Virus record (IMG/VR): IMGVR_UViG_3300042946_001372
Source of the DNA: an uncultured virus (IMG/VR IMGVR_UViG_3300042946_001372)
Taxonomy: Duplodnaviria; Heunggongvirae; Uroviricota; Caudoviricetes
DNA: 64,000 nucleotides
Direction: 5' to 3' (one strand)
The notes under the pieces are model-generated. The model had not been told where the DNA came from and did no database searches. It saw only the letters and a program-made list of their open reading frames with translations. Shown one piece after another: positions 9,621 through 20,664 of the stretch; the stretch's first letter is position 1, and every line of letters begins with the position of its first letter. Position numbers and translations under genes: made by a program.

Positions 9621-11277
9621 CGAATAATGGTTTGATTGGGAAGTTTATACCAAATAGATTGTCGTTGAAATTTACACCTTCAGGAATCAATCTGAAAACT
9701 ATTGAAGTAAATGGATAATGGGCACTGTTCAAAAATGGATAATCAACTCCTCTTCCTATATTGTCGAAAAACCCGTAGTCATATAAATCTCTCCATCTGA
9801 ATTGTCGGTCAGCACTTGAGTAGTAAGAATAACTCGGAACATTATCTACGGACCCGACATTAGCGGTTTCGATGTAATCTGAAAAAATCCTCAAGGTCAT
9901 CGAATGATGTGGTTTATAATAATAACCCTCTCTTATAGGTAAATGTGTAAATACGTTTGGATTGAAATTTATCTTATGATAAAGTGGAGATATTACCCTT
10001 TCTATCTGTTCATAGTTATTCCATTCACAAAAATCCCCATCAATTATATCTCCTATGTTTAAATCTTTTGTAAATGCAAAAGTGTAGTTTTGTTTGGTGT
10101 ATGTTGAAATTTGTAGATTTGAATTTGAGTTAGTATTATTTCTATCCCAATATGGGTTTGTTGGTGATGATAAATTAAACTCCCATCCTCTTTTTATTCC
10201 TATTGGATTGGAAGGGTCGTAGAAATATCCTGTATAACCTTTGTGAATAATTGTGAGGAATAGTTCGCTTAAAGGTCTTTTTTGATTATCTATTAAAGTA
10301 GTAATATCTAAATCATAAGAAGAGGTAACATTGTAAGCATTACTACTAGTTTTTTGAGCAATAGTAGTTATAAAATTAGGGGTCAAAGAACTTAGTTGTA
10401 ATTGTTTTTCTTCTAAAAAAATATTTTTTTCGAAACCTGATTTAGTCATCAGAGCATCATCAACACCTGTCAATATTTTATTCTGTCTGACATAATAATC
10501 TGATGTTGTTTCTAAAAGATTGTTAGGATTTCCAACTCTTTTAAAAGTACCAACTTTACCATTATTAAATGTTGTACCTGTATATCCGTAGTTGAATATG
10601 TTAAAAATGTACTCATCAGAATCTGTCTGACCATTACCCAATGAATAAACCTCGAATAAATCAACTATTCCATATTTGAAGGACAATTTCACATATTCAC
10701 CAACACTCAATCCATGTGGTGCAACACACTGGAACGCTATGACATTACTTCCATTAAAAGTAGTATTTTGAATACTGAATGGAATTCCATCTTTAGCAAC
10801 CCAACTATTGATTGGAACCAAGTTGGTATATAAAACTTGATTAGGGTTATTTTGGAAGGCGTAAGAAAAATAATAATTCCAATTGTAGGTATAAGCACTT
10901 TTTGCGTAGTAGTCTAAATGTTGGTCATTTATATCAGGTCTATAAAAATCGAATTCGTAGTATTGTGGAAACCCCTTCCATATGTTTGTTTGTGTTGATT
11001 CAAGTGAATTCACATAAAACAAGTTATCTCTGAACGGTGTATAGTTAGTTGTACCTGTCAAAGTATTCGAATAGAGATAATTTATTTTGAAAGTTGGTCT
11101 ATAAATTCTCGAAGCTTGTCTCTCGGATTCAAAAACATCTTCTAATGATATTGTGGCGTTTCTATCATATTCAGTTATTTGTTGTTGTTTTTCCTCCAAA
11201 GTCACTGTTACCTTTTGGTCCACTTTGGGTGCAGATTGGTAAGACAAACTAGCTGGTATGATGGTGAATTTATTCAT
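9607..11277 (-). CDS. Hypothetical structural protein (likely start ATG 11277, MNKFTII...)
   Basis: Long ORF. ATG at 11277 overlaps the upstream gene by 8 nt, versus 89 nt for the track start at 11358. Confidence 0.65.
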   Translation of the reverse strand: MNKFTIIPASLSYQSAPKVDQKVTVTLEEKQQQITEYDRNATISLEDVFESERQASRIYRPTFKINYLYSNTLTGTTNYTPFRDNLFYVNSLESTQTNIWKGFPQYYEFDFYRPDINDQHLDYYAKSAYTYNWNYYFSYAFQNNPNQVLYTNLVPINSWVAKDGIPFSIQNTTFNGSNVIAFQCVAPHGLSVGEYVKLSFKYGIVDLFEVYSLGNGQTDSDEYIFNIFNYGYTGTTFNNGKVGTFKRVGNPNNLLETTSDYYVRQNKILTGVDDALMTKSGFEKNIFLEEKQLQLSSLTPNFITTIAQKTSSNAYNVTSSYDLDITTLIDNQKRPLSELFLTIIHKGYTGYFYDPSNPIGIKRGWEFNLSSPTNPYWDRNNTNSNSNLQISTYTKQNYTFAFTKDLNIGDIIDGDFCEWNNYEQIERVISPLYHKINFNPNVFTHLPIREGYYYKPHHSMTLRIFSDYIETANVGSVDNVPSYSYYSSADRQFRWRDLYDYGFFDNIGRGVDYPFLNSAHYPFTSIVFRLIPEGVNFNDNLFGINFPIKPLFDECA

Positions 11278-14200
11278 TAGGTAGATATTTTGTTTTAAAT
11301 AAATCCATAGCACTTTTACCTTTGAATAATCCAAAGTAAAAATGATTAGGAGCACCAATCATAAATTTACTTTTCATTGAGTTCCAAACATTAGGGTCAT
11401 AATTTCCAACTGAATCAACGTTGAAAATATATCCCCTTTGATAAATGTCAAAAGAAGTATTTGACGGTACAAAATAATTTGGGGTTGTAACATTTCTCCT
11501 ATTTAAATTTTGATACTCGGAGGTAACAATGTCAGGAATGTCTGTAGCCCAATTGTTCCTCTCACTACCAAATATTGTAAATATACTTTGCGGTTGATTC
11601 AATTGCCATTGATAGAATGGTACTTTTTGAGATTTAATCCCATATGGATATGTAATTGCTGGGACGAAAGGATTCGGTCTGAAATTTATAATTCCTGGTG
11701 AAATAAAATCTTTCGTTTGCAAGTCAAAGGTTGTGGATGAGAAAAATATTCCCATAAGAGCATTCTCTGCGGTAGTACCATAAATAACGACAGGATTTGT
11801 ATTCACCGGACCAGTACTATCATAATATTCGGGGGTAAAAGGTACGACCCCGATTTCACAATTGATTGACATCATTTGTGCTAAATCCGCATCAATTCTG
11901 TTTTTCGGAGGAATGTTTGGATTTCTACTGAATAACACATTCAACGAATCATTATTTGTGATTCGCGTGAGGAAAGTAGAGTTAGCAATTCTAGAAATCA
12001 CAAATAAATTCACGATGTTGGACGTATCTTGATAACTTGTTGAATTCAAATTATTCATAACATAAGCCGCAGTAGAGGGTGTGAAAGTTATCTCATCATA
12101 AAATGAATCTTTCATACCCAAATTCATTATTGTCGTTGGAAATAATAAATTTCTAATGTTCATTGGAAATGATTGACCCAACGTTGGTTTCCCTATGAAT
12201 GAGCCAGTCGTTGGTGTCCCTAACCACGGACTACTTCTGTAATAGAAATTATTTGTAGACGCATCAAAATATATTAGATTTCTTGGATATCTAAGTTCTT
12301 TCAATCTATTATCTCTCCCCCATTTTCTGGTTATTTGTATTGGGAATGTAAAAAGTGACCCATTCAACCAATTATTTGTAAATGATTGAGCCAACACCCC
12401 TCTACATAATCCGAAGAAAAACCTATATCTGAAACCCCATTCATTAAAATTTCTTATGTCTTTTCCTAAATCACGAAGTGGTCTTCTCATAAAGACATAA
12501 CAACCACTTTCAACATCATCTTTTGTGGCACAATTTCTATTTACACCAAAGCTAGTATTATATTTTTCATAACAACCCAAAGAAACTGCATTTTCACAAC
12601 TAAAGGAATCTAATACATTAGTCCAAGCAAGTTGTCCCTCAATGTCAGGGGGTATTATATCCGCACCTTGACCGAAGCTAACCGTTGATATCCCTTGGTC
12701 TGTAGAACTTATCACATAAATTGCAAAATTTAAGTTTTGTTGTAGTAGGGCCGGGTTATTATTCCAGCTGGACCCGTCTAAAGCATCTGATGATGGGAGC
12801 CTGTCTGTTCTCATCACGTTCAAGTTAGAGTTATTTATATTCAGAGGATTTGTAAGTAAACTTGGTAATAATACTTTTGTATAGTAAAAAGTACTGACAT
12901 CATTCGGTCTCCTACCCCCTTGTAAGTAATAATAAGCCGCGCCAGACAAATCTTCATATTGTTCATACTTTTTTACTTTAATCAATCCATTATTCGACGT
13001 TGTAAAAAAGTCATTCCATATTGACGATACTATTCCCTCATATTGGTTGTTTATCGTCGAATTAAACATACTTGGTCCTGGGTTTTGAGCATCTAAAGAA
13101 CTATAATATCCTACTTGAGATGTTGTAAAAGCAGAATAATCATTTCCAGGTCTAAAAAAGTGTGATGGATAAAATATGTTACTTTGGTTATTAAATTTTT
13201 GGACAGAAGTTGTTGTATCTGTGTTTTTTTGAATTGGTATATTTAATCTAGTTGAAGCTGTGACAACGTAGTCATTTTCATTTGGATACCCAAATAATTT
13301 ACCAAGACCATACCTATTTACATAGTTTGGTGAATATGGGTCAACCCCTCTCTGAAGAATGAGAACATATTGAGAATTGAAATCAGCAAACGTCGCTGAA
13401 ACAGGGTAAGTAGTAATGCTCAATCCTCCCCAACTTGAACCAGTCCTTCTGTTCCATAGGATATCGGTGTCAGAACTGAATATTGTTGGTAATAAACCAT
13501 TTGTTGTATTACCACCCCAAATCTGTATAGCATCACTTATAGTGATAGCTGTTACAACCTGATAATACTCTATATCAGAGGGAAACTTATAATTTGTTAT
13601 AGTTGAACCTGTACTAAGTATATAATTTACAGGCTGAGAATTTGTTGTTTGATTGATAGCATACTCAACAGGGTATTGTGATAAACTTGGGTTTATTGAT
13701 GTTCCCGATATCCCATTTGGGAATCCAGATGCGACAGTAGAACCAGTCGTTGTGTAGTTTACATCTTGTGTTCTTGCAATATCAACAAATGTCATAAGTG
13801 TACCACTTTCAAAAGATGTTTGAGAAACTACTGTCAAGGTGTTATCAAAGTGTTGTAGTGCAGAATTTGCGGGATAATCAAATGAAACACTTATTTTATT
13901 TATTCCATCAAAGTATTTTTTTCTTGTATTGAAAACGTTGATTCTTTCACCAAAAGGTAGGTCTGGCGAATAAGCAAAAAACCTATCATTACCATCCACT
14001 AAATTTGTTTCAGGTGACACGGTAGTTTTATAATTATCCGCAGCCTCATCACCACCCACAGTTCCCATTGCTTGAGAGAATGAAAGTGCAACGATTTGAG
14101 CATCTTCACTTGAATATTGAGAGGTTAGAGATTGTAAAATTTTCTCATAATAAAAAAAACTACTTGAAAATTGTGTCAATAAAGAAACTTTAGAACCTCC

Positions 14201-16129
14201 CACATCTGAATCTGAAAATGATTCACCACAAGAGCAGGATGAACAATCGGGGTAAGTAAGAATTGGAAGATAAAATCTGTTGAACGACCTTCTCCTCAAA
14301 AGTCTTGTCAATATATCAATACCTATAGTTATCCCTAATATTGTAAGACCTGTTGTTGTAAATGCGATAGCCTTTTTTAATACAACCAAACCTCCGGCTA
14401 ACCCACCTGGATTTGTAAAAATTGAGGAGAATTGGGTACCGGCAAATATAACCTCAATTGCACCGACTAAAGTCATGAGACCACCAATTGCATATCCTAA
14501 TGTTGTCAAACCGTTTCTAATATCAACAACAAAGTTCCAAAGTGCGGCAATAAGGTGATATGTAATAAGAAGTGGGACACCTACAATCTGTAATATTTGT
14601 AGTAATATACTATAAACAAAGAAAAGAAGGTCGAAATTTCTGAATCCTTCATTCACTGGAACTTTGTTTACTGTTTCCTCACAAGAATTGTTATCTATTT
14701 CTTTAATTCCTATAAACCTACCTCTTGAACCATCTTTATATTGGTCTATTAAACCTGAAACCGTATAAACCCTGTTATATTCAAATTCGTAAAAAGTGTC
14801 TTCACAATTTATAATTTGGTCCAATTTATCAACCGCTTCTTGCCCTTGTAATCCTGAGGTATATCCACTCCAGTCCAGTCCAAAATAATACGAACTTTGT
14901 AGTTGAGAGTTGAATATGTTACTGAGATTCGGGTCTTGTATATCACTTGGCCAACCGAATTCTCTTATGTTAGGAATCAAATAATACGCCCTTCTATATT
15001 GCTCAGACGCATTAGAAGATTGTTGCCATTTAATCTTAAACCTATACTTCGATTTTGTTGGTATTCCTATTGATGGGTCGTATGAAATTATCCTTTCTCC
15101 AAATTCATTTGTTACTAGATACTCCAAATTCATAGGTAACTCAATCAACCAAGCACCGTTACCATCGATTACATTACCATTTTTTTCTATCTCATATTGT
15201 TCTAAAAAAGGGTTACCACTTAAATCAACTTGTAATGTTTGACGTATAGCCAAAATTTGACCTGGACCTGTTTCTAACTGACAAAGATTACCAAAATCAT
15301 CTTTGGGTTTGGAATTTCTTTTGATTGCGTATTGTTCTGAAGTTGAAAAAATTGAACCCATGAAAACTGCTGTGGGTTGAATGTCAACGTTAGCTTCATT
15401 TCTTAAATCAAAGTCAACTCTGTTTATAGCTATTTGACAAACAGCAGGTTCACCCCAAAGTGGAGAAACTTCAACAACTTTTGTTAAATTTATAATCTGA
15501 GGTAGGGAGTTCAAATCTGCAGATGTTCTGAATCTATTTCCCGCGACTTGGGCCTCTGTCGCTAGACCCATTCTAATAAGGTCTTGAGGTGTAAGAGAGA
15601 ATTCTCCTATGTCAGATAAATCAACATCCATTACTATGGTTTGCTCACCAAGAGGAACTCCCATAATCATGTAATCCCCACTGTCATTAGTTTTTGCAGT
15701 TAGTTTGTAATATTTGTCATAAATTTCAACAGCGGTTTGTCCTGTCAACACGTCTAATCTTGATGGTAAAGTACCTGTGGCTGCATGGCCTGTATAAGAT
15801 GGTTCGTAAGGTAGAAGATTATACCTATACCCATCCTCATTCCTGTCAGACGGTGAATTGTAAGGATATATGGACGATATAACAGGATTTGATTGGTCAA
15901 TTTGTTCTATTGGAACAAAAATAGCAACTCTGGCATTTGGTATACCCAAGCCATTGTTTGCAGTAACTCTTCCTACAACAACACCATAGTCCGCACACAA
16001 TCTTGAATAGACATCTTGTTGTTGGAGTTTAAGAGATAGAATTTCTAAGAATTCAAATTCTTGAGTAAGCTCTACATTTATTGTTTTTGTAATACCAAGC
16101 TCGGTCCTTATACGATAAGATTGACCCAT
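11270..16129 (-). CDS. Large baseplate/tail-associated protein with N-terminal carboxypeptidase-regulatory-like beta-sandwich and internal hydrophobic segment
   Basis: About 1620 aa; GVVVGRVTANNGLGIPNARVAIF...TNDSGDYMIMGVPLG motif; hydrophobic stretch near aa 500-610; adjacent to gp6-like gene. Confidence 0.65.
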   Translation of the reverse strand: MGQSYRIRTELGITKTINVELTQEFEFLEILSLKLQQQDVYSRLCADYGVVVGRVTANNGLGIPNARVAIFVPIEQIDQSNPVISSIYPYNSPSDRNEDGYRYNLLPYEPSYTGHAATGTLPSRLDVLTGQTAVEIYDKYYKLTAKTNDSGDYMIMGVPLGEQTIVMDVDLSDIGEFSLTPQDLIRMGLATEAQVAGNRFRTSADLNSLPQIINLTKVVEVSPLWGEPAVCQIAINRVDFDLRNEANVDIQPTAVFMGSIFSTSEQYAIKRNSKPKDDFGNLCQLETGPGQILAIRQTLQVDLSGNPFLEQYEIEKNGNVIDGNGAWLIELPMNLEYLVTNEFGERIISYDPSIGIPTKSKYRFKIKWQQSSNASEQYRRAYYLIPNIREFGWPSDIQDPNLSNIFNSQLQSSYYFGLDWSGYTSGLQGQEAVDKLDQIINCEDTFYEFEYNRVYTVSGLIDQYKDGSRGRFIGIKEIDNNSCEETVNKVPVNEGFRNFDLLFFVYSILLQILQIVGVPLLITYHLIAALWNFVVDIRNGLTTLGYAIGGLMTLVGAIEVIFAGTQFSSIFTNPGGLAGGLVVLKKAIAFTTTGLTILGITIGIDILTRLLRRRSFNRFYLPILTYPDCSSCSCGESFSDSDVGGSKVSLLTQFSSSFFYYEKILQSLTSQYSSEDAQIVALSFSQAMGTVGGDEAADNYKTTVSPETNLVDGNDRFFAYSPDLPFGERINVFNTRKKYFDGINKISVSFDYPANSALQHFDNTLTVVSQTSFESGTLMTFVDIARTQDVNYTTTGSTVASGFPNGISGTSINPSLSQYPVEYAINQTTNSQPVNYILSTGSTITNYKFPSDIEYYQVVTAITISDAIQIWGGNTTNGLLPTIFSSDTDILWNRRTGSSWGGLSITTYPVSATFADFNSQYVLILQRGVDPYSPNYVNRYGLGKLFGYPNENDYVVTASTRLNIPIQKNTDTTTSVQKFNNQSNIFYPSHFFRPGNDYSAFTTSQVGYYSSLDAQNPGPSMFNSTINNQYEGIVSSIWNDFFTTSNNGLIKVKKYEQYEDLSGAAYYYLQGGRRPNDVSTFYYTKVLLPSLLTNPLNINNSNLNVMRTDRLPSSDALDGSSWNNNPALLQQNLNFAIYVISSTDQGISTVSFGQGADIIPPDIEGQLAWTNVLDSFSCENAVSLGCYEKYNTSFGVNRNCATKDDVESGCYVFMRRPLRDLGKDIRNFNEWGFRYRFFFGLCRGVLAQSFTNNWLNGSLFTFPIQITRKWGRDNRLKELRYPRNLIYFDASTNNFYYRSSPWLGTPTTGSFIGKPTLGQSFPMNIRNLLFPTTIMNLGMKDSFYDEITFTPSTAAYVMNNLNSTSYQDTSNIVNLFVISRIANSTFLTRITNNDSLNVLFSRNPNIPPKNRIDADLAQMMSINCEIGVVPFTPEYYDSTGPVNTNPVVIYGTTAENALMGIFFSSTTFDLQTKDFISPGIINFRPNPFVPAITYPYGIKSQKVPFYQWQLNQPQSIFTIFGSERNNWATDIPDIVTSEYQNLNRRNVTTPNYFVPSNTSFDIYQRGYIFNVDSVGNYDPNVWNSMKSKFMIGAPNHFYFGLFKGKSAMDLFKTKYLPNE

Positions 16130-16218
16130 CAAATACTTTTATGATAAATAGTTATTGTGGTATTTTTACAAAATACACACAACCTAATTATAGATTATCT
16201 CAAGGGAAAATAAACTTG

Positions 16219-18057
16219 TTAGGAGAATGTAATTGTTTGGAAGTTCTTCACTGACACTCGAATGTCTTTATTAGGGAATCTAATTTGATAAACCTGATTA
16301 GGTTGTGCAAAGATAGTGTCATCAACAGGTTCTATTTGTCTTGTCTCAGGGTCTGAATATCTCATGGAAGTTTCAGCTGAAGAATATTGTCCACCAACCT
16401 CGTTGAAAATATCTAGTCCTGCCACGGTTAAAACTCCATTAGTATTTTGTATTTGACTTCTCAACTCAGACAAATAAACATTTTGACCTAATTGTCGTAA
16501 TTGTGGATTGAAATATGTAGATACTTTATCGATTACAGAAGAAATCACTTGTCCTGAGTTTTGAGCCGAATCCAAAACAATAGATACATCTACACTCAAA
16601 TCAATCACCTCAGCACTGAAAATTGATATATAATCATTCATCATTCTATAATTTGACAAATAATTCGCAATATTTTGTTTTAAGGTATTGGAGACAATAT
16701 TCGTAAGTTTACCCTGTGTATCATACGATAGAATTTGAATCAATATTTTATTATCGTTTTCTGTTATTGATACTTTAGCCGGTGCACCAAATTGTGAAGG
16801 CATATTCCTGATTATGGATTCATAGTCTTGAACTGTTACAGCTCTTTTTTGTGCAGAAAAATTGAATGATACATAGTTACGAATCTCATCGGTGCTTGGC
16901 ATGTTAGCCCCACCGATTGCCGCAGTTACGTTTGTACATCTCAAAGAGTTTACAACAGCTGTATTGATTGTTTCAGATGGACCGTTCACAAAAAATGAAA
17001 CTGTGCCAACTTGATTGATTACATTTGTACCTAAGTTAGTATTCAATCCTCCACCCACTCTATACTGAATGAACAAAGTGGAATTAGGTCTCAAAGCTGC
17101 ACCTAAGGAAATATTATTAGAATACTTTTGGATATTCAAAGTGGTACCTAACGTAGTGAATTGGTCCAAGGCATCCTGTGCAGTATTTGTACCACCACCG
17201 AAAGTCATTTTTTTAAAACCCTCAGAGGTGTATTCGGTAATAAACCTATTTTGAGTTTGTATATATCTTCCAACTTTGATTCCTGGTTGGTCTGATACTT
17301 TAGTAGGGTCTTCTACAAATACTCTATCCTCAGCTAGGGCGTCAACTTCATACCATCTATTTGCAGCACCAAGAAACTCAGCTGTTGTAGGAATGTTTGT
17401 ATATTGTGTTCCATCCTTCAACAATACACTTGTAATACCCAAAACATTTTTTTCAGGTAGGAACAATTCAAAGAATGGTTTCACATCACTTGGTGTTATT
17501 ACTCTTTTGAATACTTTTGTAATTCCGTTTACAACTATTTCTCTTTTGGTGATGGTATAGTTTACTAAAATCCCATTACTATTGAAATTTGGTATTTTAA
17601 CTCTATTGGGAAAACCTTGAGAATTGTACGGAGATGAGAAATCAATATCCTCAACATTTTCAAATACCAATCCAGAACCTATAATTTGAGAACCTCTCAC
17701 CAAAGTTCCTAAGTATCTCTCATCTTCTTTATCTCCAAACGCCGGAACCGTAATTGAAAAATCCACTAATGATACCGATGGTCTCATACCAGGGATTTTC
17801 AAACCGTAGGTTCTCGCTATGTTATATATAGAAGTTTTTTGTTGTGCGTATTGTAGAACAGTCTCTTGAATACTTCTATCTATATGGTAATGTAAGTTAT
17901 CGGCAACCGCAGCATTCAAATCTAAGAATACAGAAAATACTGATGCATCATTGAAATCTTGAATCAGTTCAGGGTAATAAGTCCTTACGTAATTTTGTAG
18001 TTCAACCCTGATTGACGCAAAGTCCCTTGACGTATATGATATTTGACGGTTAGCCAT
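16219..18057 (-). CDS. Baseplate wedge subunit, T4 gp6-like
   Basis: N-terminal SRDFASIRVELQNYVR...DFNDAS; AIGGAN...EIR...AQKRAVTVQDYE signature; follows the gp25-like gene. Confidence 0.85.
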   Translation of the reverse strand: MANRQISYTSRDFASIRVELQNYVRTYYPELIQDFNDASVFSVFLDLNAAVADNLHYHIDRSIQETVLQYAQQKTSIYNIARTYGLKIPGMRPSVSLVDFSITVPAFGDKEDERYLGTLVRGSQIIGSGLVFENVEDIDFSSPYNSQGFPNRVKIPNFNSNGILVNYTITKREIVVNGITKVFKRVITPSDVKPFFELFLPEKNVLGITSVLLKDGTQYTNIPTTAEFLGAANRWYEVDALAEDRVFVEDPTKVSDQPGIKVGRYIQTQNRFITEYTSEGFKKMTFGGGTNTAQDALDQFTTLGTTLNIQKYSNNISLGAALRPNSTLFIQYRVGGGLNTNLGTNVINQVGTVSFFVNGPSETINTAVVNSLRCTNVTAAIGGANMPSTDEIRNYVSFNFSAQKRAVTVQDYESIIRNMPSQFGAPAKVSITENDNKILIQILSYDTQGKLTNIVSNTLKQNIANYLSNYRMMNDYISIFSAEVIDLSVDVSIVLDSAQNSGQVISSVIDKVSTYFNPQLRQLGQNVYLSELRSQIQNTNGVLTVAGLDIFNEVGGQYSSAETSMRYSDPETRQIEPVDDTIFAQPNQVYQIRFPNKDIRVSVKNFQTITFS

Positions 18058-18062
18058 TATTT

Positions 18063-18539
18063 TTAAATATTGATAATTATAAAATCACTTTCGGCAAATG
18101 TTTGAGCATTTGTGGAATAATCTATTTTTATTTTTGCAGTATACTCGGCTGTACCCCTTCCAGGTAGTCTGTAAACATCATAAAGTCTTGCAGTTTCATC
18201 CGCAGTTATTTGACCCATTTCCATGTTGACCTCCATAGATTCATCAGCCGGTTCGATGGTAATTTGATTCACCAATAAATTTGGCATAAATCTTTGTATC
18301 GCATCTCTTATATCTGACTCTATAGCTTGGAATGTCAAACCGTCCAAAGGTTCGAAAACGAATTCGTATATTCTAGTTCCGAATTCAGGTAAATAATATC
18401 TAGAACCCTTCCTCGTCAGAATAAGATGAATTAAATCAGCTCTTATTTGTTGAGAGGTATACTCAGTCAGCTCAAGAAAGTCCCCTCTGAAAGAATCGTT
18501 GAATGGGAATTTTATACCATAGGTTGTTCCGTCTGCCAT
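18063..18539 (-). CDS. Baseplate wedge subunit, T4 gp25 / GpW-like
   Basis: IRADLIHLILTRKGSRYYLPEFGTRIYEFVFEP signature. Confidence 0.9.
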   Translation of the reverse strand: MADGTTYGIKFPFNDSFRGDFLELTEYTSQQIRADLIHLILTRKGSRYYLPEFGTRIYEFVFEPLDGLTFQAIESDIRDAIQRFMPNLLVNQITIEPADESMEVNMEMGQITADETARLYDVYRLPGRGTAEYTAKIKIDYSTNAQTFAESDFIIINI

Positions 18540-18559
18540 ATCCCATAAATATACTTTGA

Positions 18560-18748
18560 TTATTTTTTTATTAAAGTATTACCCTTTTTCCACTTAGGGT
18601 CATATGGACAGTGTCTACATCCATTCCCACAACATTGTCCCCTTCGAATATGGAACTCTTCTGTGAAAATTATTCTGTCACCTTCGCTATAATACAAAGG
18701 GAGAAGTTTTTCTGACTTCTCCCCTTTATTTTTATCATTTTTTTTCAT
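18560..18748 (-). CDS. Small Cys-rich protein (DUF5522-like)
   Basis: FTEEFHIRRGQCCGNGCRHCPY motif; TAATG overlap with the nrdJ stop. Confidence 0.75.
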   Translation of the reverse strand: MKKNDKNKGEKSEKLLPLYYSEGDRIIFTEEFHIRRGQCCGNGCRHCPYDPKWKKGNTLIKK

Positions 18749-20610
18749 TAGACAAATTTTACTTCACAAGCTCCACCGGCACAAGCCGCTTCGCCTGATA
18801 AGTCTGTATTATCATCTACTTCTACTATTTTTGATAAATCCACGTCGTGTAACGTTTTCATCAACTCCTCGTATTTTTCTTTCGAACAATCTTCGAATGG
18901 TGCTTGAATATAAGTTCCTCCATCGTATGGTAATACCGATAATCCATTATAATACTCTTTATTCTCCCACATCCACTCTCCTACAGCAGGCCACTCGTGT
19001 TCACGAATGGAAACTGTTGCAGATACGTTGTGAGCATTTGAACCACTTCTGTGACCTGGTTTAATCCACTCTTGTTGAACTCTTTTTACTCTTTCAAGAA
19101 GTTGAATTGGTGATTCGTTTCTCAGGATTGACCCTTCGGGTGCTTTTTGTGGAATACCAATTACTGCAGTATCGTGTGGTCTGAAATATTCATCCTCAAC
19201 TAACTCTGAGTGATTATCTTTTAAGTAAGAATAGATTGATTCATTTTTACCAACTCTAACCCTTCTTATATAATAATCATTGTGCCAAGCATGGATTCCT
19301 GATGATGTACCTAATGTAAGTGAAGTTGTACCTGCTGGTTTAACTGTTGTTGTTCTCGCTGCAGGGTTGATACCAATAACGTCAGCAACTCTTTTATTTT
19401 CTTCTTTAACAACTTTCGCCGCTGCTTTCATATTTAAACCCAACACAGCTCCTGAACCAATACCTGTCATTGAAATTCCAATCAAAGCATCTTTCTCTGT
19501 TGTTCTTTGCCAAATAGGTCTAAGATAATGGAAATCAGTATATCCTGCTTGTAGGGTTCCAATAAATGTTGCAGCCTTTACTCTGTCCTCATAATCTTCC
19601 TGTGATACAACATTCGATACGTTTACCTCTGTAAGATTACAGAATTGGAAAGGTCTTAGAGCAATTTCACAACATGGGTTTGTTCCCCAATCTTTATCGT
19701 TACTCAAGTAGATTCCAGGTTCTCCCGCACCACTAGCCTCGATTCTTTTCCAAAGGTCCATAAAATAGTCTTTGGTAATCTTGTGTCTCATTAGTACTGC
19801 GGAATTATTAGCTCGTCCTCTTTGAGGGTTATGTTCCCACCAAGAACCACTCTTACAACCAATCATTTCCTCATCTGTTGCGGAAAATAATGAAATAAGT
19901 GCCGCTCTTCTGATACCACCAGCCAATACAGCGTCAGCAATATGACATACCATATCATGAACTTCAATAGCTCTTAGTTTTTCACCATCTGACTTGGAAT
20001 CCAAAATTCCTTCGAGTTTTATAAGACACTCTTTGAGGGGTTGAGGTCCAGGTGCTTTACCACCTGAGGTTACCAACCGAGCCCCTTTTGGTCTGATGTC
20101 ACTGAAATCAAACTGAATGTGAGAACCTCCATAAAAATAGGATTTAACCAATACTTTTACAGCGTCAGCCCATCCTTCAATAGAATCTGCAACTAACCAT
20201 CTTCTACCTCTATCCTTACTTGGTTTTCTAATTTCGGGAAGTTGTTCAACGTGATGATTTTGTACGGAATAACCAACCCCTGTACCTCCAAGTAATAAGA
20301 ACATGATTTCAGAGAATACTCTCCAATCGTCTACGGGTGCGTATGCACAGTTGTAAATTCTGTTTGGTGAGATTTCGATTGGTTTTCCTGCGAACTGCAT
20401 TGACCTCATCGATGGGAGAACTTGTTTCTTGTAAACATACATGTAGTTCTCACGGATTTCTTTTTCTAATTGGGGATACTTTTTGATGTGCATCTCCATG
20501 TTTCTTGTTACTAACTCTTGCCAAGTCTCTCTTCTCTTTAACTCAGGGATGTACTTTGCATACTTCATGTACACCGTGATGTCTGATAAAATTCTGTTTG
20601 AAATGTCCAT
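18748..20610 (-). CDS. nrdJ: Class II (adenosylcobalamin-dependent) ribonucleoside-triphosphate reductase
   Basis: YNCAY, GGTGVGYS, GGIRRAALISL, TNPCCEI (thiyl Cys), CNLTEVN, TTVKPAGT and C-terminal CAGGAC; no small-subunit gene nearby. Confidence 0.9.
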   Translation of the reverse strand: MDISNRILSDITVYMKYAKYIPELKRRETWQELVTRNMEMHIKKYPQLEKEIRENYMYVYKKQVLPSMRSMQFAGKPIEISPNRIYNCAYAPVDDWRVFSEIMFLLLGGTGVGYSVQNHHVEQLPEIRKPSKDRGRRWLVADSIEGWADAVKVLVKSYFYGGSHIQFDFSDIRPKGARLVTSGGKAPGPQPLKECLIKLEGILDSKSDGEKLRAIEVHDMVCHIADAVLAGGIRRAALISLFSATDEEMIGCKSGSWWEHNPQRGRANNSAVLMRHKITKDYFMDLWKRIEASGAGEPGIYLSNDKDWGTNPCCEIALRPFQFCNLTEVNVSNVVSQEDYEDRVKAATFIGTLQAGYTDFHYLRPIWQRTTEKDALIGISMTGIGSGAVLGLNMKAAAKVVKEENKRVADVIGINPAARTTTVKPAGTTSLTLGTSSGIHAWHNDYYIRRVRVGKNESIYSYLKDNHSELVEDEYFRPHDTAVIGIPQKAPEGSILRNESPIQLLERVKRVQQEWIKPGHRSGSNAHNVSATVSIREHEWPAVGEWMWENKEYYNGLSVLPYDGGTYIQAPFEDCSKEKYEELMKTLHDVDLSKIVEVDDNTDLSGEAACAGGACEVKFV

Positions 20611-20664
20611 TTTTGTAATTTTTTTGTAAAATGATTTTATTTAAAAAATCGGTGATTTTCTTAT

